Source of the DNA: Candidatus Eiseniibacteriota bacterium
GTDB lineage: Bacteria > Eisenbacteria > RBG-16-71-46 > CAIMUX01 > VGJL01
Assembly: GCA_963792585.1 (NCBI GenBank)
Contig: CAWBWI010000001.1
Coordinates: 256,001 to 320,000 of the forward strand
Length of the DNA: 64,000 nt
Direction: 5' to 3'
The position numbers and the translations under genes are program-made. Shown here in pieces: positions 1 through 10,801 of this stretch. Under the pieces are notes generated by a model. It saw nothing but the letters and a program-made list of their open reading frames with translations. It did no database searches and was not told where the DNA came from. Each line of letters begins with the position of its first letter. The first letter of the stretch is position 1.

Positions 1-684
1 GTTTCGTGGAGCCGTTCGAGCGAGACGGAGGGACGCGGATGCCCGAGGATCCGGTCGAACTCCTCGCGGATCCTCTCGCGGGCGATCGCATCGAGAAGTG
101 GCGCGCACCGCGGGAGCGCCCTGTAGGTCTCCTCCGCGATCGAGAAGTCGAGCTGCCCGGCGATCCGGATGCAACGGAGCATCCGCAGGGCATCCTCGCG
201 GAACCGCTCGTCGGCGCGCCCGACGCAGCGGATCGTGCGCTCCTCGAGGTCTCGCCGGCCGCCGTGGGGATCGATGAGCGCCCCGTTGTCCAGGTCGAGC
301 GCCATCGCGTTGACCGTGAAGTCGCGGCGGCAGAGGTCCTCCTCGATCGACGTCGTGAAGACGACCGAATCGGGGTGGCGCGCGTCCGAGTACGCTCCCT
401 CCCGGCGGAACGTCGTGACCTCGTAGCTGCCGTCCGGTTCGACGACGAGGACCGTCCCGAACCGGATCCCGACCTGGATCGCGCGGGGGAAGAGCTCGGC
501 GACGCGGTGCGGCAGCGAGATCGGTGGCGAAGTCCCAGTCGTGGATCTCGAGGCCCAGCATCAGGTCGCGCAGGCTGCCCCCGACGAGGCAGGCGCGGCC
601 GCCGGCGTCGCGGATCCGTCGGACCAAACGCAGGGCGCCCGCCGGCATTGCGTTCTCGATCGGATCGGGGAGCGCGAGGTTCAT
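1..684 (-). CDS. cca: CCA-adding tRNA nucleotidyltransferase / poly(A) polymerase family, 3'-truncated by window edge, one apparent indel near 520
   Basis: Manual minus-strand translation from ATG at 684: ...CLVGGSLRDLMLG..HDWDFATD..., YEVTTFRREGAYSDARHPD, EEDLCRRDFTVNAMA, RFREDALRMLR. Start overlaps the nfi stop (ATGA). Confidence 0.88.
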   Translation of the reverse strand, partial: MNLALPDPIENAMPAGALRLVRRIRDAGGRACLVGGSLRDLMLGLEIHDWDFATDLAAAPRRRALPPRDPGRDPVRDGPRRRTGRQLRGHDVPPGGSVLGRAPPRFGRLHDVDRGGPLPPRLHGQRDGARPGQRGAHRSPRRPARPRGAHDPLRRARRRAVPRGCPADAPLHPDRRAARLLDRGGDLQGAPAVRATSRCDRPREDPRGVRPDPRASASLRLARTAPRN

Positions 685-1361
685 GGGCCGATTCTACAGG
701 ATCGGGCGAGCTGTCCGACGCGTCGGTCGGCCTGACGGGTCGGTTCGGGGAGCCGGTATCCGCCCCCCATCTTCAGGACGAGGGCGGTCGCATCCTCGAG
801 GGTTATCCGGTGCCCGATCGAAATATAGAGCGGCCGGACCCTGTCCCGCGTCCGGAGCAGCCGCCCGATGACCTCTCCCTCGTGCCGGATCTCCGTCGAG
901 GCGCCGCGCCGAGGGCCCGGCTCGGCCGCCTGGCCGATCAGGCGGCTCTTGGCGACGCCGACCGCGGGAAGATCGAGGAGGATCCCGAGGTGGCAGGCCA
1001 GTCCAAACCGGCGTGGGTGTGCGCGCCCCTGTCCGTCGCACAGAATCGCGTCGGGACGCCGGATCTTCTCCATCGCCGCGACCAGCGCCGGTATCTCTCG
1101 GAAGGAGAGCAGGCCGGGAACGTAGGGGAACTGCAAGGGCAGGCACGCATCGGCGCTCTCGACCACCTCGAGCGTGGCGACGTCGAGCACGACGACTCCG
1201 GCAATGATCTCATCCGCCCGGATCGCGCAATCGCATCCGGCAACGCGCCGGATTTTCTCCCAATCCAGCCCCTGCACGCGTACGCGGCGCGCGAGCGCGG
1301 TTTGTAGCCGGGCCGCATCCGCAGGGGTCAGATTCCATGGGTGGAGCGATCGAATCCTCAC
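681..1361 (-). CDS. nfi: Endonuclease V (deoxyinosine 3' endonuclease)
   Basis: VAGCD, FPYVPGLLSFRE, DGQGRAHPRRFGLACHLG, GVAKSRL, PLYISIGH and YRLPEPTRQAD motifs. Confidence 0.95.
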   Translation of the reverse strand: MRIRSLHPWNLTPADAARLQTALARRVRVQGLDWEKIRRVAGCDCAIRADEIIAGVVVLDVATLEVVESADACLPLQFPYVPGLLSFREIPALVAAMEKIRRPDAILCDGQGRAHPRRFGLACHLGILLDLPAVGVAKSRLIGQAAEPGPRRGASTEIRHEGEVIGRLLRTRDRVRPLYISIGHRITLEDATALVLKMGGGYRLPEPTRQADRRVGQLARSCRIGP

Positions 1362-1411
1362 GCGATCATCCTGGACGGCCCGTCAATCGGGTGCAAGCGA
1401 ACGAACTGAGC

Positions 1412-1433
1412 TATAGTACAGTAACCGGTTTCA
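1412..1433 (+). promoter_or_regulatory. Candidate -10 box (TATAGT) followed by a LacI-family-like operator AGTAACCGGTTTCA upstream of glgP
   Basis: Near-palindrome with central CG (GTAACCGGTTTC), directly downstream of TATAGT in the nfi/glgP divergent intergenic region. Confidence 0.4.
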
Positions 1434-1489
1434 CCGACCGATACTTGATCGGGGCAAGCCGAGGGACCGGATTGCCGAGGGAGGAGTGC

Positions 1490-4062
1490 ATGCCGACGGT
1501 TCGCACGTTTCGGGTAGTTCCAAACCTGCCTGATCGACTTTTGCCCCTGGGAATCCTCGCCCGAAATCTCTGGTGGACCTGGACGCCGGACGCGGCCGAC
1601 CTGTTCCGCCGCATGGATTCCGACCACTGGGAGCGCACGCGCCACAACCCGGTCGACATGCTCGGGACCCTCGCGCAGGACAGACTCGAGGACCTCGCGG
1701 CCGACGAGGTCTTCCTCTCCAACATGGACCGCGTACTCGCGGAGTTGAACAACTACCTGTCGCGCCGCACCTGGTTCGAGCGGGCTCACGGCGACAGCGC
1801 GGGTTTGAATGTCGCCTACTTCAGCGCCGAGTTCGGGCTCCACGAGTCGCTGCCGATCTATTCCGGTGGCCTTGGCGTGCTGGCGGGCGATCACCTGAAG
1901 AGCGCGAGCGATCTTGGGCTTCCGCTCGTGGGAGTGGGTCTCCTCTACCGTCGCGGCTACTTCCGGCAGTACCTGAGCCGTGACGGGTGGCAGCAGGAGG
2001 TCCGGCCCTCCTACGACTTCGAGCGGATGGCCCTCCACTTCGAGACGGTCGAAGGGCGCCCGCGGCGGATCGCCGTCGAGATCGCCGGCCGCAACGTCGC
2101 CGCGCAGATCTGGCGCGCGCAGGTCGGCCGTGTGCCGTTGCTCCTGCTCGACACCGACCTGCCCGAGAACAACCCCGAGGACCGCAACCTGACCGATGAG
2201 CTGTACGGCGGGGACACCCGCCATCGAATCCGCCAGGAGATCCTGCTCGGCATGGGGGGCGTTCGCGCGCTGCAGGCGATGGGGATCGAGCCGACCGTCT
2301 ACCACATGAACGAAGGCCACTCGGCCTTCATGGCGATCGAGCGGATCCGGCAGGGGATGGAGCGAGAAGGGCTGACGCTCGAGGAGGCGCTCGAGAGCGT
2401 ACGGTCGAACTCGCTCTTCACGACCCACACTCCGGTCCCGGCGGGGCACGACGTGTTCCCGCAGGACCTGATGCGCGAGCACTTCGCGCCGCTCTGCGCC
2501 CGCCTGAACGTGCCGCTCGAGTCGCTCCTGCGCCTCGGCCGGGTCGAATCCTCGAACGCGGGCGAGCCTTTCTCCATGACCGTTCTTGCGATTCGAACGA
2601 GTTCCCAGGTCAACGGCGTCAGCCGGCTCCACGGCGTCGTCTCGCGTCGACTCTGGGCGCCGATGTTCCCGAAGGTTCCCAACGAACGAGGTCCCGATCG
2701 GCCAGGTCACCAACGGAATCCACATTCCGTCCTGGTATTCCCGCGAAGTTGCGCGTCTCTACTCGCGCTACATCGGCCCCCGCTGGCAGGAAGAGCCCGT
2801 CGACCGCGACATCTGGCAGCGGGTCGACCGCATTCCGGATGCCGAACTCTGGCGCGCCCGCGAGCGGCTGCGCGAGTCGTTGGTTTCCTTCTCACGCCGT
2901 CGACTCAAGGAACAGCTCCAGCGCCGCGGGATGCCCCACGTCCTCGTGGAGGCCGCCGAGGAGGCGCTCGACCCGGACGCGCTGACGATTGGATTCGCGC
3001 GGCGCTTCACCGTCTACAAGCGGGCGAACCTGATCCTCCGCGATCCGGACAGGCTCGCGCGTCTCCTGAACGATCCGGAGCGCCCGATGCAGATCGTCTT
3101 CGCGGGGAAGGCCCACCCGGCCGACCATCCCGGCAAGCAACTCATGCGCGAGATCGTCCACCTCGTTTCCGAGCCCCGTTTCCGGCGGCAGAATCGTCTT
3201 CCTCGAGGACTACGACATCGAGGTGGCCCGGCTGCTCGTCCAGGGAGCGGACGTCTGGCTCAACACGCCGCGCCGACCCCTGGAGGCAAGCGGCACCAGC
3301 GGGATGAAGGCGGTCGTGAGCGGCGGAATTCACCTGAGCGTGCTCGACGGCTGGTGGGCGGAGGCCTACGCGCCGGACAACGGCTGGGCGATCGGCAACG
3401 GCGAGGAGTACGACGACGCCGAGGTGCAGGATCAGGTCGAGGGCGAGGCGCTCTACGATCTGCTCGAGCACGACGTGATTCCACTCTTCTACAAGCGCAG
3501 CACCGATGGGCTGCCGCGCGGCTGGATTGCGCGGATCAAGTCCTCGATGAAGGCCCACTGCCCGGTCTACAACACGAACCGGATGGTCGAGGAGTACGCG
3601 CGCTGCTTCTACCTGCCGGCGCACCTCCGCTCGCGCTTCGTCGCCAACCATGTCCATTCGGGCGCGCGCGAGCTGGCCGCATGGCGCAGGCGGATGGAAG
3701 AAGCGTGGTCCGACGTGAAGATCCTCGAGCTCACCTGCGATTCCGAGGACCGTCCGGTCGGCGATGATCTTCCGGTCCGCGCGGTCGTTCGACTCGGCGC
3801 CCTGGGGCCGGAGGACGTCGTCGTCGAGGCGATCCACGGCGACGTCGACGGCGGAGGAGACCTGCACGACACCGAGAGTGTCGCCCTCAGTCCGGTGGGG
3901 ACTTCTGACGGGGTCGTCATCTTCCAGGGGAACGTGCCCTGCAGGCGAAGCGGATTGCGCGGTCTCTCCGCTCGAATCCGGCCCGCGCCGCGTCTGAACG
4001 TGGAGAACCCGTTCGAGGCGAACCTGCTCGACTGGTTCGAGGGGGAGACCCAGAACCACTGA
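1490..4062 (+). CDS. glgP: Alpha-glucan (glycogen/maltodextrin) phosphorylase, split over three ORFs by indels near 2685 and 3190
   Basis: YFSAEFG..LPIYSGGLGVLAGDHLKSASDLG, HMNEGH, FTTHTPVPAGHD, GFARRF..YKR, GKAHPAD and EASGTSGMKA (PLP lysine) across ORFs 1337-3307, 2586-3767 and 3223-4062. GGAGG RBS before ATG 1490. Confidence 0.93.
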
Positions 4063-4147
4063 TCCGCATGGGGCGGTGCGGCCGGTTGAAGTCCGCGCCG
4101 CGCTGCCCTATCCTTGCGCAATCGTCCCCGAAAGGAGAGCTTGCGCG

Positions 4148-6571
4148 ATGATGGATCGGGCCTACGACCCCCAAGAGGTCGAAGCTCGCTGGCAGGAATA
4201 CTGGGAGCGGGAGCGCACGAACGTCCCGGATCTCGATACCGCCCGGCGGCCGTTCTACAACCTGATGATGTTCCCGTATCCCTCCGCCGAAGGTCTCCAC
4301 GTCGGCAACGTCTTCGCCTTCACCGGTTCGGATATCCAGGGGCGCTACCAACGGATGCGGGGATTCAAGGTCTTCGAGCCGATCGGTTTCGATGCATTCG
4401 GGATCCACAGCGAGAACTTCGCGATGAAGGTCGGAACGCACCCGGCGCGCCTGATCCCGTCGAACATCGCCAACTTCCGCCGGCAGCTCACGCGCATGGG
4501 GTTCATGTTCGACTGGACCCGCGAGGTCCAGACGACCGATCCCGCGTACTACAGGTGGACCCAGTGGATCTTCTTGAAGCTCTTCGAGAACGGCCTGGCC
4601 TACAGGGCGAAGGCGCCGGTGAACTGGTGCCCTGCCTGCAAGACGGTCCTGGCCGATGAGCAGGTGATCGGCGGGATGTGCGAACGCCATCCCGACACCG
4701 CCGTCGAGAGGCGCGATACGGAGCAGTGGTTCTTCAGGACCACGGCCTACGCGCAACGCCTCCTGGACGACCTCGCCTGGATCGACTGGTCGGAGACGAC
4801 CCGTCGCGCGCAGATCAACTGGATCGGACGCAGCGAGGGAGCCGAGATCGACTTCGCGATCGAGGGGGCGGACGGAAAGATCCGCGTCTTCACGACCCGT
4901 CCGGACACCCTCTACGGAGCGACCTACATGGTCCTGGCCCCCGAGCATCCGCTCGTCGAGCTGCTCGCCTCCGCGGGAAGCGCGCACGGAGGTCGAGGCC
5001 TACCGCTGGCTGCACGTGCGCGCAAGGACGTCGAGCGTCTCGACGCCACGAGGGAGAAGACCGGGGTCTTCATCGGCGCCCATGCGATCAATCCCGCGAC
5101 GGGCCGGCCGATCCCGATCTGGATCTCCGACTACGTGCTGATGGGCTACGGGACCGGCGCGATCATGGCCGTCCCCGCGCACGACCAGCGCGACCACGAC
5201 TTCGCCACCCGCTTCGGGTTGCCGATCCTTCCGGTCATCTTCCCCCGCGAGGGAGAGCTTCCGGCGGGCGAGGCTTACGAGGGCGAAGGGGTGATGGGCA
5301 ACAGCGGCCCCTTCGACGGTTCGCCGTCGGAGGAAGCCAAGATGAAGATCACCGAGTACCTGGCCTCCAAGGGAGTGGCCGAGGCGAAGGTCAACTTCCG
5401 CCTCCGCGACTGGTGCGTGAGCCGGCAGCGTTACTGGGGACCGCCGATCCCGGTCGTCTACTGCGACGGCTGCGGCATCGTCGGCATCCCGGAGGAGCAG
5501 CTGCCGGTCCTGCTCCCCGAGACCGAGGACTTCGTCCCGGATGCGAGCGGCGTCTCTCCGCTGGCCCGCGTGAAGGATTTCTACCACGTCGACTGCCCGC
5601 GCTGCGGCAAGCCCGCGCGGCGGGAGACCGACGTCTCGGACAACTTCCTCGACTCGGCCTGGTACTTCCTTCGCTACCCCTCGACCGACCGCGACGATGT
5701 CGCATGGGATGCCGAGCGGACGAAGCGATGGCTCCCCGTGAGCCTCTACATCGGCGGCAACGAGCATGCGGTGCTCCACCTCATGTACACGCGATTCCTC
5801 TGCATGGCCTTCAAGGACATCGGTCTGACGGAGTTCGACGAGCCGTTCGTCCGCTTCCGCGCACACGGCCTGCTGATCAAGGACGGCTCGAAGATGTCGA
5901 AGAGCCGGGGAAACGTCGTCAACCCGGATGCCTACATCGCCCAGGTCGGAGCCGACAGCTTCCGGATGTACCTCATGTTCCTGGGTCCTTACGAAGAGGG
6001 GGGAGACTTCCGGGACCAGGGGATCGTCGGGATCCGCCGATTCCTGGAGCGCGCCTGGCGCTGGATCGTCGAGGAGCGCCCCGGTCTGCCCATGGGGGAT
6101 CTTCCCCAGGCCGCCAAGGTAAAGCTGCACCAGGCGATCGAGAAGGTCACGAAGGACACCGCGGGGCTGCAGTACAACACGGCGATCGCGACGATGATGG
6201 AGCTGTTAAACGTATTGCGGGAAGCCCCGGTTGCCGATCGATTCAGCGCGGAGGCATTTGTCCGTCTTCTGGCCCCCTATGCGCCGCACCTGGCCGAGGA
6301 ACTCTGGGTGGCCCTGGGCCACGCGCCGTCGGTGAGCGACGCCGGCTGGCCGGATTTCGATCCGACGCTCACGAAGGCCGACACGGTCGAGATCGCGGTG
6401 CAGGTCAACGGGAAGCTGCGCGACACGCTGCCAATGCCGCGCGGGAGCGTGCAGGAGACGGTGCAGGCGGCCGCAGTTGCGCGGGAGAAGATTTCCGCGC
6501 ATGTTCAGGGGAAGACGCTTCGGAAGGTCTTCTTCGTTCCCGACCGACTGATCAATCTGGTCGTCGGTTGA
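4148..6571 (+). CDS. leuS: Leucine--tRNA ligase
   Basis: MFPYPSAEGLHVGN, FTTRPDTLYG editing domain, GYGTGAIMAVPAHDQRD, LRDWCVSRQRYWG, KMSKS, C-terminal VQVNGKLR. The segment at ~4975-5010 looks locally out of frame (possible compensating indels). Confidence 0.97.
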   Translation: MMDRAYDPQEVEARWQEYWERERTNVPDLDTARRPFYNLMMFPYPSAEGLHVGNVFAFTGSDIQGRYQRMRGFKVFEPIGFDAFGIHSENFAMKVGTHPARLIPSNIANFRRQLTRMGFMFDWTREVQTTDPAYYRWTQWIFLKLFENGLAYRAKAPVNWCPACKTVLADEQVIGGMCERHPDTAVERRDTEQWFFRTTAYAQRLLDDLAWIDWSETTRRAQINWIGRSEGAEIDFAIEGADGKIRVFTTRPDTLYGATYMVLAPEHPLVELLASAGSAHGGRGLPLAARARKDVERLDATREKTGVFIGAHAINPATGRPIPIWISDYVLMGYGTGAIMAVPAHDQRDHDFATRFGLPILPVIFPREGELPAGEAYEGEGVMGNSGPFDGSPSEEAKMKITEYLASKGVAEAKVNFRLRDWCVSRQRYWGPPIPVVYCDGCGIVGIPEEQLPVLLPETEDFVPDASGVSPLARVKDFYHVDCPRCGKPARRETDVSDNFLDSAWYFLRYPSTDRDDVAWDAERTKRWLPVSLYIGGNEHAVLHLMYTRFLCMAFKDIGLTEFDEPFVRFRAHGLLIKDGSKMSKSRGNVVNPDAYIAQVGADSFRMYLMFLGPYEEGGDFRDQGIVGIRRFLERAWRWIVEERPGLPMGDLPQAAKVKLHQAIEKVTKDTAGLQYNTAIATMMELLNVLREAPVADRFSAEAFVRLLAPYAPHLAEELWVALGHAPSVSDAGWPDFDPTLTKADTVEIAVQVNGKLRDTLPMPRGSVQETVQAAAVAREKISAHVQGKTLRKVFFVPDRLINLVVG

Positions 6572-6587
6572 AGAGGGAGATTCGGGG

Positions 6588-7220
6588 ATGAACGGACGGA
6601 TCGGAATCACCTTGATGGCCGGCGCCCTCCTCCTCGCGGGCGGCCCCGCGATGGCGGAGCGCTTCTTCGTGACGGGACACGGCGGCTGGATCGACATCTC
6701 CGGTCATCGCGTCTCCGGAGTCGGCTTTCCATTCAAAGGGGGCCCAGCGGGAAGCGTCGAGGCCGGATTCCGCCTCTTCGGCAACGTCTCGGTGAGTGGC
6801 GAGTACGGACCGTACGCGAAGCAGCCGACCCGTGGTGTGCCGGAGGCGGCCGGAATCACCGAGGGCGCATTCCGGGCAACCGTGGGGCAGATCCGGATCG
6901 GCATGGAGCCGATCGAGAACCTGCGTCCCTACTTCTTCGCGGGCGGCGGGATGTCCCGCTTCCGCACGACCTATGCGGGTGCGGGGAAGATCTTCACCTA
7001 CGGAGGGGTCACGCACCTGCTCAAGGAAGAGAGCGTCAAGGCGGTGACCATCCTCGGCGGCGTGGGGTTCACCTATCCGCTCCGGTCGTGGCTCGATTGG
7101 GGCATGCGCACGCGCTATCTCTACAACCGTTGGCAGAGCTTGACCGATCTCAACCGGCCCCTCTCGTTCCCGAAGGGGGACGGATTCTCGGTCGACGCGA
7201 ACCTGACGATCGATTTCTAG
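6588..7220 (+). CDS. Outer-membrane beta-barrel protein (OmpA/OmpW-like 8-stranded)
   Basis: Signal peptide, alternating amphipathic strands, RPYFFAGGG, terminal Phe. Confidence 0.7.
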   Translation: MNGRIGITLMAGALLLAGGPAMAERFFVTGHGGWIDISGHRVSGVGFPFKGGPAGSVEAGFRLFGNVSVSGEYGPYAKQPTRGVPEAAGITEGAFRATVGQIRIGMEPIENLRPYFFAGGGMSRFRTTYAGAGKIFTYGGVTHLLKEESVKAVTILGGVGFTYPLRSWLDWGMRTRYLYNRWQSLTDLNRPLSFPKGDGFSVDANLTIDF

Positions 7221-7849
7221 CGGGTCTTGATGAGGCGGCCCGCTTCGGCGCGCCCCGCAGCCCCGATCCGGTAGAAATACGATCCACGCGGGACGATCCG
7301 CCCTTGATCATCCCTTCCGTCCCAGGCGACGGCCCTCTCACCGTGCGGCATCGGCTCGTCGGCGACGATCCGGATCCGCCTACCCATTGAATCGAAGATC
7401 TCGATGCGGACATCGATGTCGGCGCCGGCGGCAAAGGCGGCCGGCATCCGAAAGCGAATCCCGACGGTCTCTTCGAACGGGGAGGGGAAGGCCGCGGACT
7501 GGAAGACCCGCTGGGCGAGTCCGGGGACCGCGACCGGTGCGGGACCGAGGCTCAGGGGCGCGCCCTGCGCATCCAGCAGATCGAACCGGTACCAGTAAGT
7601 CCGTCCTTCCACGACCACCGTGTCGAGCCACTCGCAGGCTTCCGTGCAGCCGATCCAGCGCGACGCGAGGGACACGAAGGGCCCGTCGGGGGAGTCTCCC
7701 CGTTGAATCGAGAAGGCGTTGTAGACGCCGGGCACGACGAGGTGGATGCCCGCCTCCTGGATCGATGCGGCGATCTCGACCGACCGGGACGGATGCGGAA
7801 CGAGGAGTGCGGCGGCCGCCAGCAGAATGCAAATTCGAGTAATGTGCAT
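7217..7849 (-). CDS. Secreted protein with C-terminal FlgD-Ig / T9SS-CTD-like domain
   Basis: Signal peptide MHITRICILLAAAALL; C-terminal PSPF...IFDSMGRRIR...WDGRDDQGRIVPRGSYFYRI. Confidence 0.75.
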   Translation of the reverse strand: MHITRICILLAAAALLVPHPSRSVEIAASIQEAGIHLVVPGVYNAFSIQRGDSPDGPFVSLASRWIGCTEACEWLDTVVVEGRTYWYRFDLLDAQGAPLSLGPAPVAVPGLAQRVFQSAAFPSPFEETVGIRFRMPAAFAAGADIDVRIEIFDSMGRRIRIVADEPMPHGERAVAWDGRDDQGRIVPRGSYFYRIGAAGRAEAGRLIKTR

Positions 7850-8031
7850 GATAAGACCTCCGAATCCTATAGGGAGTCTACAGGACCAGGGGCCTCGTAC
7901 TGCAAGCGTCGATTCTCTCGATGAACTGCCGGTTGGGTCGTTGGAGATCGGGGCCGCGGGCCATGGTCCTACGAGGTGACTTCGCATGTGGAAGACAGCG
8001 TCCAACGCGACGTACTTGTTGGACCCCTGCC

Positions 8032-8199
8032 GGAGCTTGCTGCTTCGCTTCCGGCGATTGCCTGCTAGGGACGGAGGGTGGCTGCGAGGAAGCCTTCGGG
8101 GCGTACATGGTCGACGGAGTTCTCTGCGATCTCAATCCTCGCGAGACGACGCTGGTTCAACGGAGCATCTGGGCGCGGGTCAGGGTGAGCAACCGCTAG
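8032..8199 (+). pseudogene. Orphan degenerate C-terminal module (GACC Cys-rich spacer plus decayed TWG tail)
   Basis: GACCFASGDCLLGTEGGCEEAFGAYMVDGVLCDLNPRETTLVQRSIWARVRVSNR* aligns with the C-termini of 47050-48348, 51007-52376 and 55290-56246. No credible N-terminus. Confidence 0.7.
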
Positions 8200-8276
8200 G
8201 TCGACGGATCCATTACGGATTCCCGCGGGCCAGGGGTGCCTGAGCGTTCACCAGAAGGGTCCAGGTTCGCGGTAGG

Positions 8277-8800
8277 AGCGGGGAGCCGGACAAGCAAGCC
8301 ACGAGCTTATCGTGGCGAGAGCGGTGGACGGAGTCTCGGTGGTGCAGGCCATCGGGGCTCGCCGTTTGTCCCAACAACCGCGCAGAGTTACGACGACGTC
8401 GCTGCGAGCCCGACTCTCTGTTGCGAAACTGTATCGAGCGCGACCGGTGCGAACCGCCGCGAGATGGGGCGTGAGAGGGCGAAACTCTCGCTCTATGCGT
8501 TCTCTACCCGCCAGTGGTGAACGACGCGGTTCGCTCCGGGGTACCGGAGAGGACGCTTCACGAACTGGCGTTCTCCCGGTGAACGCCGATGGGATCCCGG
8601 CATGCGAGCAGGGTTACCAGAGCGCAGAGATCGCTGGAAACGGATCCAGAGATCACCCCAAGGGGGCCAAGGTTGAAACATCGGACACAGCCAAGAGGCG
8701 ACGCCACCAACGACCGGACGGTCACTATCCCGACCGAACTGGGATCTTCGAAACGCCCGAAACTGTAACCGCGGTCATGGGACGACGCTGTGAAATCCAC
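8277..8800 (+). repeat. Dispersed non-coding repeat family L, copy 1 (structured)
   Basis: Colinear with 46394-46812 (e.g. caagccacgagcttatcgtggcgagagcggtg; ccgccagtggtgaacgacgcggttcgctccggggtacc). Its 3' half also matches 49535-49665 and 56358-56597. Confidence 0.9.
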
Positions 8801-8829
8801 TTGTCGCGGATGTCCGGTCAATCTATAAT
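8801..8829 (+). promoter_or_regulatory. sigma70-like promoter TTGTCG-17-TATAAT for 8957-10474
   Basis: Exact 17-bp spacing. The duplicate at 57899-57927 keeps TTGTCG-17-TACAAT. Confidence 0.7.
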
Positions 8830-8956
8830 ACTCGCGCGATCGTGAACCTCGCTTCTGCGATCAGAGGCGGTGGCGGGGTAGGAGCTTGGATGACCCGGCC
8901 GCGCACAAGTCAATATCGCCCGCGGCTCGGTGGGTTGGTTGCAGGGGAGGGTGACC

Positions 8957-10474
8957 ATGAAGAGCCGCGAGCACTTCCGTTCCATTCACGTCCCGCGTCG
9001 GACTGACGATCGCCTTCGGCCTCCGGCCTCGAGCAGACTCTCCACCCGAACCCTCCCACCGCTGCTTGCGCTTTCATTGCTCCTTGGTTTAGCTGGTCAA
9101 GCCGGGGCGGTCACCTGGGGCGAGGATGTACGCCTCACGGATACCCTCGGACAGTCCGCTTCCCCGGTCGCTGCGCCAGATCCCTACGGTAATACCCACG
9201 TCGTTTGGCAGGACGACCGGGATGGCAACCTGGAAATCTACTACAAGCGCTGGGATGGATCATCGTGGGGGCCGGACGAACGCTTGACCGTACACGCGTC
9301 CACATCCGAACTTCCTTGGTTGGCGGCGGACGCACTTGGCCGGGTCCACGTCGTCTGGGACGACGCTCGAAACGGCACCCATCAGGTCTACTACAAGTGT
9401 TTTGACGGCGAGTGGAGTGCGGATGTGGCCATCACCGACAGCGCCGACGGGCCGTGGCAGGCCTGTGTGGCGACGGATCCTCTCTCCAATGTTCATGTGA
9501 TCTGGGTCGAAAGCACAACGACTGTCAACACGAACGTCTTCTATAGGTGCCGCGACGCGAATGGATGGGGCCCCGTCACCCGTCTCTCGACGGGTTCGAA
9601 CCATGCGTTCCGTGAGCGGATTGCCTGCGATATCCGAGGATGGGTCCACGTCGTGTGGCAGGACACTCGCGACGGAAACCTGGAGATCTATCACAGAGTC
9701 TGGAGAGACGGTGCCTGGGGGCCCGAGGAGCGGCTGACAGAGGATCCAATGGACTCGCAACGCCCCGCGATCGCCACGGATCTGACAGGGCGGATCCATG
9801 TCGTGTGGGCAGATGACTGGACCAGCGACTCCGAGATGTACTACAAGGTTTGGGATGAGGAGACTGGATGGTCCGCGGCGAGCCAGCTGACGGAATGCGC
9901 GGGAGCCTCCGGCTACCCCAGCGTCACGACTGACGGAGAGAACCGTGTGCATGTGGCCTGGACGGACGCGAGAGACGGCAATTCAGAGATCTACTACAAG
10001 AGTGGTGACGGAGGGATCTGGACCCCCGACGAACGCCTGACCCATGACCCTGCGGGGTCCGGACGTCCCTCGTTGATTGTCGATAGTCGCGGCCTTCTCC
10101 ATGTGTTTTGGTATGACCAACGTGACGGAAACGAGGAGATCTACGACAAGCAGGGGATCTCTCCTTCGGATGTGGCGCAGCAGGAAACACTGCCCGGAGA
10201 AGTCCGCGTTGACTGCGCGCCGAACCCCTTCCGGGGGCAGGTTCGACTCACATTTGAGGGGCCTCGGGCCAATCGAATCCAACTACTGATCCAAGATGCA
10301 GGTGGGCGGAGGATCCGAAGGTTCTCTGAAGTTAACCCCTCCCAAACTCGCTACATCAACTGGGATGGTAGGGACGATTCGGGGATCCAGGTTGGATCCG
10401 GCGTCTACTTCTGGCATGTCATAGATTCTTCTGGCGATGGAGGCCGATCCGGTTCCTTCGTCAAGATTAGATAG
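8957..10474 (+). CDS. Secreted beta-propeller (HVVWxDxRDGNxEIYY repeats, BNR/sialidase-like) with C-terminal FlgD-Ig domain
   Basis: About seven repeats of D..G..HVVW.D.RDGN.EIYYK; PNPF...WDGRDDSG..VGSGVYF. Confidence 0.85.
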   Translation: MKSREHFRSIHVPRRTDDRLRPPASSRLSTRTLPPLLALSLLLGLAGQAGAVTWGEDVRLTDTLGQSASPVAAPDPYGNTHVVWQDDRDGNLEIYYKRWDGSSWGPDERLTVHASTSELPWLAADALGRVHVVWDDARNGTHQVYYKCFDGEWSADVAITDSADGPWQACVATDPLSNVHVIWVESTTTVNTNVFYRCRDANGWGPVTRLSTGSNHAFRERIACDIRGWVHVVWQDTRDGNLEIYHRVWRDGAWGPEERLTEDPMDSQRPAIATDLTGRIHVVWADDWTSDSEMYYKVWDEETGWSAASQLTECAGASGYPSVTTDGENRVHVAWTDARDGNSEIYYKSGDGGIWTPDERLTHDPAGSGRPSLIVDSRGLLHVFWYDQRDGNEEIYDKQGISPSDVAQQETLPGEVRVDCAPNPFRGQVRLTFEGPRANRIQLLIQDAGGRRIRRFSEVNPSQTRYINWDGRDDSGIQVGSGVYFWHVIDSSGDGGRSGSFVKIR

Positions 10475-10541
10475 AATCGTCTCCAGACTGCCTCTCAGAC
10501 CACGGGATCTGGGCCCCTCCGGTGTCCGACCTACGTATCGC

Positions 10542-10791
10542 TTTACCGACCCCTCCTCCCACGCTACACTCAGACCCGCCTGGACCTCCTTCGTGCGTGC
10601 CCGAGGTGTCCACCTCGAACGAGATAACCCAGCCAGGCGAGGACGAAGAATGCGCCGCATGTGGCCGAAGCGATTTGGGTTGCTGACCGGTCCCGAGAGG
10701 GCCGGAAGAGCCGTGCCTCACCTTGCCGACCTGACCCGCCATGAACGGCGTCCATCCGCCATATCCTTGTCCAGGTCATCTACCGTTAGAT
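10542..10791 (+). promoter_or_regulatory. Integron-like platform copy 1: Pc-like promoter (TTTACC-17-TACACT) plus leader plus attI-like core GTTAGAT (10785)
   Basis: Homologous to 54650-54899 and 59641-59896. All three keep the -35/-10 boxes and have GTT exactly 24 nt after ccatcYgcc, where homology stops. Confidence 0.7.
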
Positions 10792-10801
10792 TGGGTAGCC
10801 C

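Larger units (their letters stand above)
8641..10670 (+). repeat. ~2-kb near-identical direct repeat, copy 1 (copy 2 = 56445-59768, interrupted by IS256)
   Basis: Base-by-base near identity across upstream region, whole CDS and downstream region. Confidence 0.95.

Noticed and set aside
6..1307. 433-aa + strand ORF and similar long shadow ORFs (1358-2725, 4678-6591, 5000-6130, 24908-26545, 38069-38890)
   Set aside because: They are antisense or off-frame to recognisable genes, Arg/Pro/Gly-rich and without motifs, as is typical in high-GC DNA.
8312..8845. Repeat L as a protein-coding gene (ORFs 8312-8845 and 46429-46731 align)
   Set aside because: The copies differ in frame, substitutions are largely non-synonymous, there is no RBS, and changes preserve base-pairing instead. 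Not fully excluded.
8277..10791. L repeat and platform as terminal inverted repeats of a classical transposon
   Set aside because: No inverted complementarity between the L start and the platform end, and no TSD found.
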